A stretch of 63,517 nt of DNA, filler included, from Welwitschia mirabilis (Eukaryota), in the NCBI GenBank assembly GCA_051453625.1. It is 5 parts of one record of this genome, joined end to end, with 100 filler letters (N's around TTAATTAATTAA, not from the genome) between each part and the next. Parts side by side here need not be neighbours in the genome. Positions count along the whole stretch, not along the records: positions 26,007 to 55,835 come from JBOZIK010000001.1; 4 more parts are not named here. One strand, 5' to 3'. Shown here in pieces: positions 26,007 to 38,597 of the stretch. Position 1 is the stretch's first letter. Every line of letters starts with the position of its first letter. The translations under genes were made by a program, and so were the position numbers. The notes beneath the pieces were generated by a model that had not been told where the DNA came from, searched no databases, and saw only the letters and a list, made by a program, of their open reading frames with translations.

Positions 26007-27117
26007 AATTAATTTCATAAAGAATTTTAGTGTTTTCTATTTTAGTAAATAAAAAAAAAGAATAATGCAATGTAATTCAAGATGAAGATGATAAAATGTA
26101 ATGAATGAAATGCAAGTGTAATGAGTTCTATTTGGATTACAATCCTTATATCACAAGAATTAGTTCTTATAACCTAGATCAATTAGGAAGAATTTATCAC
26201 TTATTCCTAACTAACATAAACTATAAGATATGCTAAACAGAATATGTATAATGCAAATATGAGATGGAATAAAGGAAATGCGATGCAATACCTAAAATAA
26301 CAAAGTCAACCTTAATAAAGGTTGCTCCTATGATCTAAATATATTATGAAAGTGTCACCAAACTATAATCAACTTAAACCATAATGGACAATTGCATAAT
26401 AGGAGTGAAAAGAGTTCTTGAATTAATCATCAATTTAACATCTACTTACAATAAAATAGTAGCATCTTAATGGAGGATACTTAACCCAACACTAAGGTAA
26501 TCCTCTATCTTTAGCTAAGAGATGGACTTCTTGTCCTTCAATCTTCCGTTATAAGAATATTTAATATAAAAGATGGAAATGGAAGTGAAGAAAAGAAAGG
26601 GTATTTATAGTTTAACATTGAATTTCTAGAAACATAACCCTAAGAGTTAGAGAAGAAATCCTACAAATTCATATGAGCCACATGACCCGATTATAAAGAT
26701 AATTCTTTCTATCCATACAAAAATAGGTGTTGTCTTGAGTGTCGTAGGGACAGTAATGGGATAATACTCCACAGTAAAAGGTAATCCTTCAGCTTTAGGC
26801 CTTGAAGTCAACTTTGTAATTTCAATCCATGTTAGTAGTGCTATCATCCTAGATGTCATGAGCATGACATAGGAAAGGATAGGCCTCTCTATCTTCTAAC
26901 TCGAAGGGAAATTAGTCTTCTAAATGGTTAATATTTCCTTTAAGACATGAAGTATTAAATTAAGCCTGAGATTTTTTCAAATATGCTAAGAATTTCATGT
27001 TTCAGTGAACACCCTATCAATTCTCCATAATCATTAGAATTGAACCCAAACTTGTATAAATGTCCTAAAAAATACTCAAAATACATCATAAACTTCCTAC
27101 AAACTAGCATTGCAACA
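26007..27117 (-). mobile_element. Athila-type LTR (family C), left end lost in a gap
   Basis: Minus-strand start TGTTGCAATGCTAG...GATTATGGAGAA resembles the family-A start. Shares the AACCTT.ATAAAGG.TGC block with family-A LTRs. No PPT beyond 27117. Confidence 0.7.
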
Positions 27118-27965
27118 ATTTCAATTAAGGTAGTGATATTTTCAAAAATTCTCTAAGACTTTAAGTGTTTAATATTATAGGAGGTTAATTTTTAATATCA
27201 ATGTCTATTTTTAAAATTTATTTTTCTCTTTAAGTTATAGAAATTTTACCCAAAATGCTGAGCCTCTATTAAAGGTATTTATTCTACTTTAATGTTGATT
27301 TATTTCTATGTAACTAAATGGTAATATTATTTAGTTTTCTAGTACTAATTATATTGTAAGATGAGTCAAGTTTTTTAATTATTTTTATTATTATTATTAT
27401 TATTTCTATTTATTAGTTTATTATTTTTTAAATTTTAAATTTTATTTGGGTTGCATTTATAATCAAAAGAACAAATCTAATTTAACATTAAAAAGATGAA
27501 GATATTTTAATAAATATACATATCCAATAAATGAAGTTATTAAAAGTTAATAAATGGCTTTACCTTTTTGAAAGAAACTTGTATAGTATGAGATATACAT
27601 TAATTTACTCACTATGTAAATCCTAACTAATATTTTATTTTAATAAATATCTTTTTATTCAATACTTTTAAGTAATAAAAATGAAATAAGTTAGATTTGA
27701 GGGATGCAACTAGTAATCCATTGATTCTTTTAAATATATTATATATTTCTAAAACATTTTTTAAATGATATTTAATGAAGAAAACCTAATTCTTAGCTTG
27801 TTATTTAGTGTCAAGATTCTATAATATCTAATTTTCACCACGAAAACTAAAAATTATGAGAAATTATAGAAATTTCAACTTTTAACTAAGTGACTAATGT
27901 ACCATGGATGAGGGCATTGATGTGTTTATATGAGAGGTTCATTGGGGTGTATTTTTTCAATTTCC

Positions 27966-28012
27966 TGTATATGTATGTACGTATGTATGTATGTATGTAT
28001 GTATGTATGTAT
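27966..28012. repeat. (TATG)n microsatellite
   Basis: About 11 units. Absent at the equivalent position (~36415) of the duplicate, so it probably expanded after the duplication. Confidence 0.9.
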
Positions 28013-31000
28013 TAATTAAAGTAAAGGATTAATATGGACAAGACATAGCTAATAAAAGCATTGGTGGCCAGTTATAAAATAAATGACACTTAGAATATGA
28101 TTTTACCTTTGTAATTTCTATTTCATCTATTCATCTATAGTGTTTAAAAATACTTAAAAGTACACTAAGAAAGGTTTAACCACTATTAAGAGAATATGAA
28201 TTCATAAATATAATTCTATACTAAATCATGGCTAATCAACCATTTAATGGAATTTTCTCAGCTACCATATTATACTACCAAAGGCTCCTCTCAAGGATAC
28301 TTACTCTAGTTACTTATAAAAGAATAATATACTTATTTTATTTTGGGTTTAAACTTATGTTGCAATATGGAGGCTAATGATACATAGTGAATATATATTA
28401 TAGTTAGAAAAAATTTAGTTGATATAAAAATAATTTCTTTTAACCATCATTTTATGTTTTTCATTAGTTAAATAGTTGGTTGGTAATAAATATTACCTAA
28501 CTTATTTTAACCACCATTTAAAGAATTACACATTTTTAAGAAATCATTTTCTATTCATAGTAGAATTTTAGATTGAATATCATAAGACCCTTAATAACAT
28601 TCAAATTACATCCTCATAATCATTAATATAATGTTAATTATACTAAAGGATTTTGAAAATATAAATTATTAAATTATAATATAATTAAAAAATTTAAGAT
28701 TTTAGAAATATAAAAATATAATATTAACATAAAATAATGTTTAATCAAGATATGGTTAATAATGTTGTTAACATATTATATTTAAGATCTTTACATTTAC
28801 ATGTGTCTGTTAATGTACATAAAGATAACTTTTTCAATTATATTTTCTTTTAATTTTTTATCAGTAGATATTATTTCTTTTGGTTCATGATGAGACAATC
28901 ATATTTCTTTTATATGTTCTTTTTTCTTTTGAAGTAAAGCCTATGTTTTAGTTTTACCCATATCATCAAATAGACATACTTCAACTGTACATTTTAGTTT
29001 TATTTTATAAATCCTAATATTTTTATGATTTTATATATCAATGATTTTATCATATTAGGGTTATAATGTAAAAGTTTTTCTTTTATTAATACATGGTGTC
29101 TTCTAAAAGATTTTAAAATTTTCATAAGCATTTATTAGTATCTTTATTTTTAATTTTCTTTTCTACCAATGTTTTAATTGATGCTTGTAAAAGCCTATTA
29201 TTCTTATTTCTAACTCATTATTTTTAAAATGGTGAAGTAAACATTTTGTTGGGATTGGATCTTTAGGAGTATTCATAAAGTTTTATTTTATGTTCTATAA
29301 GGTATACTTATTTTGTATAGGTTTTTTATTCCCTTGACTACTTGTTTAACATGTTGTAGTGTAGATGATGAATTTATTACTTTTTGATTGTCAAGTTCTT
29401 CTTTAAATATGTTCATTTAAATGATAATCACTAGATTTGTCTATTGCTAAAACCTTATCTTAATCATCATCATTAAGATCATTTAGAAATGTAGATATTA
29501 AATTAAAGTTTTACCTTTCTTATATTATTGTAGAAGCACACATTTGGTGTATAAAATTTTTATTTAATTAGTTACTAACTAAAGAATAAGAATATTAATT
29601 ATTTTTTAAATACAAGTCTTCTATCATGATAATTTTTTCATTTTTGTTCTTAAAATATTTACATCATTTTCTTCTCCTTTTTTATATCTCTTTTCTAAGT
29701 TTGGTAAATTTATATCCAATATTTATTAACATAAAGATGTATTCATAACTAGAGCTATAAATTAGTTGTTAAATTGTATTCGATGTAATTATTAAAGTGA
29801 TGTAAGGTTCATAGATCTATTATAAAATAGATTTCAAGATGACCTAGATAACTTAAAGACCCATTTTCATTTTAGCATAAAATGATAGAATCATAAATTA
29901 AGATTATTTATGCTGATTTATGATACAAAAATGAGTAAAAAAATGGAATAATATATGCTATTATAATATAAATCTCATAAACCTATTATAGAAATATTTT
30001 ATGTAAGGGAAGGCCTTGAATGACATAATTTTCTTTAAAATATAAAATCTATAAGGACATACTTTTATTTAAAATATGAAATCTTTCATCAAGTTTATTA
30101 TTCAGGTTATTAAAAATGACTTCTTACAAAAATATATGCTTCAACAAGATTCTATCAAGATCAGATCTTAAAGTAATAAAATACTTTATTAATTCATCTA
30201 AGTAAATATACAAATAAAATACAATATTTTGGGGGTTGTTTAACATAAGAAGACTAATAAAGCAATGCTAGATAGTCACTATTTCTAAGCATTATTACAT
30301 CATAAATACCCATCTAGAAAATGATATAGGAGTAAGAGAGAAGAAAATATTACTTTTCCAAGTAGTAGAATAGTTCATAATAATTTGAACATCCAAACAA
30401 AATAAAATATAATTCTAAAAGATAACTTTTTAGTTCTATAATATGTGACAAATTAAAATCATAATATAAACGTAATTCTTTTTAAAAATGTAATGCTTAT
30501 AATATGATAAATAAATTGATTACAAATAATGTTTTCTTTACAAATCACATCTAAAATGAAAAAGAGTACTCTAATAGTAAACTTAGGTTTGCTACCATTT
30601 ATAGATGTAATGATCGCTATAGTTTGTATTTATATAAGTTCTAAGTTAGTTAGATGGAGCTCACTTTTATAAGAATGAGTAATAGCTCTCCCTATATTTT
30701 GGAAGTACAGTATCACTTGTTATTCATGAATTTAGTGGATTTTAAATATGATTTTCCTTCATTTCTAGATTTACGTTTACTTTTCATGTGACATTTAAAT
30801 GTACTAATTTCATTTTTCTTCTTTTTATATCAGTTTCCATTAATAGTTATTGTAATACTTGTTATTGTAATCAAGCGTACACAAATCTATAAAATAATAA
30901 GATGTATTTTCATTAGTTATTAAAGTTACCTACCATAATTAAGATAATATCCTAAATTATAATTCCAACATAATGCCTATGAAAGAAACATTACTATTTA

Positions 31001-33299
31001 TGTAAGCTAAATATTAATTCTTATGTTTCTAACCTAGAATTATGCATATAAATATATTATTTTGAATGCAATTTATGCTCATGAGTTTCCCGAAATCCAA
31101 ATGTTTCTAGTCTCTAGTAGATTATCAACTCATCAAAGTAATTACTTGGAACTTTAGTTAGTTGGATTTTTACTAGTAAGAATCTGACATACAGCATTGA
31201 CTTGATACATGTCTCATCATATTGGAAAGATATTTTTCCTTTTATAAATTTTAGAACCTTAAGTAAAACATTAAATAAGATATTAAATATAAAAAGGATT
31301 TTAATAGAGATGATTTTAAACTTAATCTTAGTATCTCCAACTTATTTCATTAAATATTAAACATGTAGTATGGTTCATTCATACACATATTATTATAAGA
31401 TCCTTCATCTTTAAGACAAATAATTCTAAGACTCCTAATAATTTATAACCTATGTTCAAATGCAAGAGAATGAATGATAATTAATGCATATAATGTTTCT
31501 ATGAAATCATACTATTTAAGTTATTCAAACTCTTCCTTTATCTTATAAACAATTGTAAGCATATTCTCCACTCTTAGGTACTCTAAAACTGCATTCAGAG
31601 AGAAGTCTTGATTGAAATGATAAACTCTAGATGAAAGGCATGACATGTTATAAACTCAACTTGTTCACATATATTATAAAGATGACTAATATAAANNNNN
31701 NNNNNGAATGAATATCAAATAACTTCTTGATGAAAAATACAAGTCTCATTACATGTAATACTTAAATAAGCAATTCTAATATAACCAATTTCACTTCCAT
31801 AAAAACAATTTTGCTTTCATGTCTTATGGCTAATACCATTAGAAGGGAAGATTCTTGGGCTATAGTTTTCTCCACTAAAACTAAAGAAGTAAAGTCATTT
31901 ACCATACACACATTTACCATTTAAATTACATGAATTAGAACATTATTGAAGAATATGTAATGGATTTTATGACAAGGCAAATCAATTGTCTACTAAATCT
32001 GTAAATATTAATAGCCCCTCTACCCTCTAGGCATGTTTTCATATGCAATCTATAAAACCTTTTATGTTTTATTTCCATAGCTCTATTAATAAGATCTATT
32101 TCCCTAAATCAATTTTCCACATACAAAACCTATTTGCACTAGTGAATAAGTCATACATATTAAATTTAATTCATGTATTTCTCTAAGCTTCAAGTTTAGC
32201 AAATAGATACTACTACTATTTTTGTCAATGTATTTTGATTTGAAATATTGCCTTTTAGTGAAACATTCATGTCTAGACTAAGGGAATGGCTTAACAGAGC
32301 TAGTAGATAAATATTTAAAAGTAAGTATTTTTATAAATAATTCCATGATATGGGCATACTTTCTAAGTTGAAAATAATTTTATCAGTATTTCATTTACAC
32401 TCCTTTTGAACTTTTAAGAATTAAGACAACTTTTTTATTATTTTTGATAGACATTCTTATTTTAGCACAAACTATAAAGTAAGTTAACAAAGAATTAGAA
32501 GTAGAATAAAACATGTATTAAGGATTTATAAAAATTACTATAGTATATTTCTACACTAGATCTTTTTCTTTTGTCACTAGTTTTGCCTTCTTCACTGCCT
32601 TTACATTCATCACTGCATTTCTTATTTTCTCTTTCATCACCTCCATTGTTTTTTTCCTTTTTACAAATTCTTTATCTTTATCTAATTCTCTTTTATTTCC
32701 TTTTTTATAGTTAATTCAAACAAAGGGTTTATGTGAATCTCAATGAAGCTCTTTAAAAAGTTTTATAAACGCCTTTAAAAAATGATATAAATGCTTGTAT
32801 TAGATTGTTAAATGGGTCTCAAGAAATTTAAATAGAATTTTCAAAACTATGCTTTCAATTAAATAGAAGTTCAAAAGGCCTTTAACACAATTGAAAGAGA
32901 TTTAAAAAGTTAGTTAAGAGGAAGGAGAGTGAGTAAAAGAGGTATAATTGTATTTATCCAAGTTTTTGAAGCAATTTAAAACTTAAAAAGGGGGTCTTAG
33001 AGAATCTAAGAATTCTTAAATGGGTCTTCAAGCTTAGTGCTATTATCTTTTAAGTACACATTAAATATGAAATATATATAATAGTGTAAAAATTTATGAA
33101 GGTAAAGTTAAAATATTCTTTGAAGGAGATCTTTAAAACTTTTGGAAGGGGCTTTGGATTTAAGAACAAAGTAGAAAACATGAGTTTTAGTGTTAGATTT
33201 CTGATTACCTTTTTGTATGCTATAGTGATTCTTTTATGCCTAGTATTTGGGTACTATGAATATTTCTTTAGAGTCATATATTAGTAGGGAATTTTAGGA

Positions 33300-35060
33300 T
33301 ATGAAGTGGATATATCATCCTAAAGTCTTAAAGCAGATCTAAGAAGCATTAGCATTGAAGATAAAAACTCCTTTAGTAATTCAAAAGAGGAAATACTTAT
33401 AAAATAGAAAACTTGTTTTGACCTTGAGAAATTTAAATATAATGATGATTTATCTGACATCGCATTAAAATCATTTCCTAAATGTATTTCAACACATTTT
33501 GAGATAATTCCATGTTTTAAGTTAAAGATAGATTTATCTATCATGAAACATTGTAAAAGAAACTATCCTCCATCTAAAAGATCTTTCAATTACTATATTT
33601 CTTACATAGATTATTAATGTTTCCAGTTAAATAGATAATAAGTATGAATAAAGTATTGAAGTTAATATAACTTACATGTATTTGGTAGAAGAAAAGTTAG
33701 ATCAAATTTTCATGGTTATTAATTGAAATAAGAAAAATCATTCTAAAGGAGGTATGAATTTTTACAAAAAAATAAATTAGTACATATTTTACTATAGTTT
33801 TAAAGATGTAAAAATTCTAGCACAGAATTTATGTAATGATGGTAAAATGAAAATTGTTTTCAATGTGGATTATGAAGTAGAAATCTTTAAAGCATGTCAT
33901 CTTCCTCTCAACATAATAGCAATGTCTCTTACATCTAATTATGTACATTACAATTAGATCTAGTTTTTATTAGATAGAGGAATTCTTAAAAATCTTCATA
34001 TTTTGGAAACATAAAAAAAGGAATTTTTTGGTTTACTATTCATGCTATAGAATTTATTTACTTCAAAGATATAGTATTCTTTTCCCTGAGGTTGATAGGC
34101 TTGTTAGGCTAGGATGCTATTTTTCTTATTCTTCTTTAGAAGAATACATGTAATATGAAGAAAATCTCCAAATTTGAAATGAAATGAGTGATCTTATAAA
34201 ACACATGTATTGAAAGGTTATTTTAAAAATGGATTAGACATTTATTTAAGTAAATCCCTTTATATATGATTGTCACATGAATAAGGCACTGGTATGATGT
34301 CATCCATGAGAAGTAACATAAAAACTCTAGAAATTAATTCACTAATGCATCTCTTGTTAGATTTATGTTGTTTAGCCCATGACAACATTGCATTTTCATT
34401 GATAAAATAAATGCTCATTATTGATAGCAATATTTATTTTATTGCTTTAGACTTACATCTAATGTTCATTTCTTATGGTATCATATAATACCAAATCATA
34501 TTTATGACTATAAAATTATATTTGATTGAATTCCATTGTAAATTATTTTTCTTTTAAAACCTAAAATCCACTTGAACACATTCTTTTTCCTATTTTGATG
34601 CTTTTAAAAGCTACTAATCCAAAGTTGAATCTTTAAGTTATCATCCTTTTTGAAACAATAAGTGAAAAAGAAAATCACATAACTTCCACATGATTCTTTT
34701 CTACAAAGTAAATCCTTACTATGTTGAAGAGATAGAAATTATAATTCACATATTTTAAGTGTTAAAAGTAGATAAGTTATAGGAAAATATCTTTTATATT
34801 ATAGTGATGTACAAATAAATAAATGGCTGCGCAATTATTTTAAATTAAAATAATGCATTGTATCCCTTTCATTACATCATTAAGATGATATTTTAGAACC
34901 ACATTACATAAATTCTAAATGTATTCTGAAGATGTGCGTGAGGTTGCAATTACATAGTGTAAAAGATCTTTAGTCCAACATCTTGTAAGGTTCATGGAGT
35001 TTGTAAGAAAATTAGATAAGATGAAAGTAGAAAAGTAGTACATAAGATAATAATTGATCC
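33300..35060 (+). pseudogene. Decayed unknown reading frame with ankyrin-like segments
   Basis: Long stretches with few stops across a few frameshifts. ACHLPLNIIA...HYN*I*FLLDRGILKN, FPEVDRLVRLGC, YFKNGLDI and NPLEHIL resemble the ANK consensus TPLH.A...H.EIV.FLL..G.D.N. Confidence 0.3.
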
Positions 35061-38000
35061 ATTACTATTGTACATAGTGGAAGTGTTAGTTTTGATTTCT
35101 AGATGTTCATTTATATATTTTTATTTATTTTTTATATACAAAGAAAACTAAATCACAAACCTAATTTTAAGGTTTCATAAGTATTACATCCTAAATGAAT
35201 AATCAGATTAGGCCAAAAACTAAGGTTAGAGTTAACTTAAAGAATAACTAATAGCCTTAGCTATCAATGGAATACTCAATTACTTGATAAAGATCCATGG
35301 TTTGATTTGATACTAATAATATCAAATAAGATCTAAGAACTACTCCATAGCTCTAGTTGTGAATTATATACTTGATTCCATTTGATTAGTAAGTTAGTAT
35401 AATAATAAANNNNNNNNNNTAGCTTGAAGTTTTATCATGTGGAAAAGGTTGCTTAAATATAACATAGATTAATCTAAAAGACGTTAATGGTATAAATCAT
35501 ATAAAATGCAATGATTAGTTTAAGTTCTTGAAATTCTTAGTTATTAACTTAAGATAAATCAGATATGTTTTGATTTCCTTAGATATTATTTACTGAGATT
35601 AATATAAAAATATTTTAAATAGTCTCTAATACTATAAATGTTGGATATTTTAGAAGATTAATTTGATAATAGAGTATATATTTAAAATTTATTTTTCTTT
35701 CTAAATTTTAGAATTTTTATGTAACAGGTAAAGCCTATCCTAAATGTTTGTCTTCTTATTTAATGCTCATTCATTTTCATGTAATTAAATTGTACTCTCA
35801 TTTAGTTTTCTAGAATTAATTATATTTTAGTATGAGTTAGGTTTATTTTTTATTATTTTATATTACTACTATCATTATTATTTTTAATTTTAAATTTTAT
35901 TTGAGTTACATTAATAGCCAAAAGAATACATCTAATTCAACATTAAAAATATAAAGATATTTCAATGAGTATGTATGTCTAAAAAAATAAATTTAATAAA
36001 ATTTAACAAAGGGCTTTACCTTTTTGAAATAAACTTATATAGTATGAGAAAAGAATCAATTACTTTCTATTTAAATATTAACTAATACTTTATTTTAATA
36101 AAGACATTTAATTTAATACTTTAATCATCAAAATAAATAAGTTAGATGTTAAAAGATGTAATCATCAATGTTATGATTTTTTTGAAAAGATTAAAGATTT
36201 CTAAAGAATATTATAAACCAACTTTAATAGTGAAAACTCAAGTATTAATTTATTATTCAATGTTAAATTCCTATGATAATTAATGTGTACTACCAAAGAA
36301 CCCAATTTTTAGAAATTATAAAAATTTAGCCTCTAACTTAACAACACATGTACCATAGATCATGGAATCAATATGTATGTATTAGATGATAATTGTGATA
36401 TACTTTTTTAATTTTCCTTTTTATCTTATTTCATTTTTCAACCCTTAAAAGTAAAGGCTTAAGATGGACTATATATGACTAATAAAGATAATGGTAACTA
36501 GTCATGCTTTAGATGATACCTACAACATGATTGTCCCTTTATAATTTCTATACCATCTATACATTTGTAGTGTTTAAAAATTCTAAAACGTACATTAAGG
36601 GAAGTGCAACCACTATCAAGAGAATAAGAATACATAAGTCTAATTTTAGAATAAATTATGGTTAACTAACCTTATAGTAAAGTTCCTCAACTATTATATT
36701 ATACTATTAAAGACCATTCTCAGGTTTATTTACTATAGTATACTTGCATTAGAACAATGTAATTATTTTATTTTTGATTTAGGATTACTATGGAATATGA
36801 AGCGTAGTGATACATTGTGCATAAATATTAGATTTAAGCTAAAATATTTAGCTAATATAAAAATAATTTTTTATAATCCATCATATCTTGTCCTCCACCT
36901 GGTAGATAATTAATTGGTAATAAATATGAGCTAAGTTATTTTAATCACCATTCAGAGATGTACATGTTTTTGAGTAATGGTTGTTATATTAAATATAATA
37001 TAACCCTTGATATCTATCAAATTACATTTTTAGAATAATTAATATAACCCAAATTATACTCAATCCTTTTGAAAATAAAAACTATTAAATTACGGCGCAA
37101 TTAGCAATTAAGTAAAATAAAGTAATATTTTTTTTAATTTTAAAAATATAAATGTCAAATCATAACATTAGATAATGTTGAATTAACATATAGCTATTAA
37201 GTTATTAACATATTTTATTTCAAGTCTCTATATCTATGTGTGCCTTCTACAGTATAAAAAGATAATTTTTTATATTTTTAATTATATCTGCTTTTTTTTA
37301 GTAGACATTATTAATTTGGTTCAAGATAAACATATCTTATTTATTTCATACATGATTTTTCTTTGTGAAGTAAATCTTCTATTTAATTTACTGTTTCATC
37401 AAATAGACATATTTTAATTATACATTTTAACTTTATGTTTATAACTCCTAATATTTTTGTGATTTCATATCTCAATGATCTCATCATATTAGGGTTATAT
37501 TTTTAAAAAAAATTCTTTATTTTAATAAATGGATTCTTTTTAAAAATTTTAAAGTTTACATAAGTATTTATTGGTATAATCCTTTTTAATTTTTTTCCTA
37601 CCAATGTTTTAGTTGATGTTCATAGAAACCTTTTGTTATTATTTTTAACTTACTATTTTTAAAATTACATATTAAATATTTCAAGGGAATGGAACATTTA
37701 GAAGTATTTGTAACATTTTCTTTTATGTTCTATAAGGTATATACATTTAATTCACCTTTTCTATTCCTCTTAACTACTTATTCAACATCCTATAACGCAA
37801 ATGATGAATTTATTATTTTTCCTCTTTAAATATGTTTAATTCAAATCAATATTTCTTGTATTATTTTTATTATTCTTCATTTCTAGGTAATGTTTCCTTA
37901 AGTTTATATGTTCTCCATTAATATAAACATCTAATTAATAATCACTAGGTTCTTCTTTTAATGAAGACTTATCTTCATAATCATCATTAAGATTATTTAG

Positions 38001-38597
38001 AAAGAAATGTAGATATAATATTAAATTCTTGTCTTTCTTCTATTCTTGTCGAAGTACCTATTTAGTTTATAAAATGTTTATTTAGTTGGTCACTAAGTAA
38101 AGAATAAAAATATTAATTATCTTCCTAATACAAATATTCCATCATTATTGTTTTACCATTTTCTATTATCAAAATATTTGTTTCATTTACTCCTTCTTTT
38201 TTAAATCTCTTTTCTAAGTTTGATAAGACTATGTTCACTATTTCTTTACATGAAGATGAAATTATCTTAGCAAAAAAATGTTTCAAGGCTTACCTTCTTA
38301 GGAAAGTATATCATATGATTTTTTTTGTAATACAAAATAATAATTAAAAATAATTTAAACTATCTTATATATACTCCAAGATGGCTTGGATAAGCTAAAG
38401 ACCTACCCTCATTCTAGCATCAAATGATGAGATCAAATACTATTTATGTTAATTTATGATACAAAAATAAGTAAAGGAGTGAAATAATATATGCTATTAT
38501 AATATTAATATAATATACCTATCATAGAAATATTTTGTTTTAAGGAAATGCCTTGTAAGAACCTAATTTAATCCGAAATATGAAGCCTATGATTAGG

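Larger units (their letters stand above)
27118..38597. repeat. Old direct duplication: 27118-30050 approximately equals 35590-38597 (period ~8.5 kb), unclassified
   Basis: Colinear matches throughout: GGCTTTACCTTTTTGAAA.AAACTT.TATAGTATGAGA (27556/36012), CATCAAATAGACATA (28965/37397), TATGTTCTATAAGGTATA (29289/37725), AATAATATATGCTATTATAATA (29947/38483). Roughly 70% identity by eye. Confidence 0.85.

Noticed and set aside
34300..35080. Helitron Rep-like peptides (IFYTM.CN, QPHAHL, KY...VMKG) or a Cys-rich viral glycoprotein on the minus strand
   Set aside because: Motif spacing is wrong, and the stop density in that frame is about what random AT-rich DNA gives; the plus strand looks more coding-like.
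27118..35590. Tandem endogenous caulimovirid (florendovirus-sized unit) or LTR-internal-LTR interpretation
   Set aside because: No RT YxDD, zinc knuckle or movement-protein motif could be found, and no TG/CA ends, PBS or PPT; size alone is insufficient. Not excluded without HMM searches.
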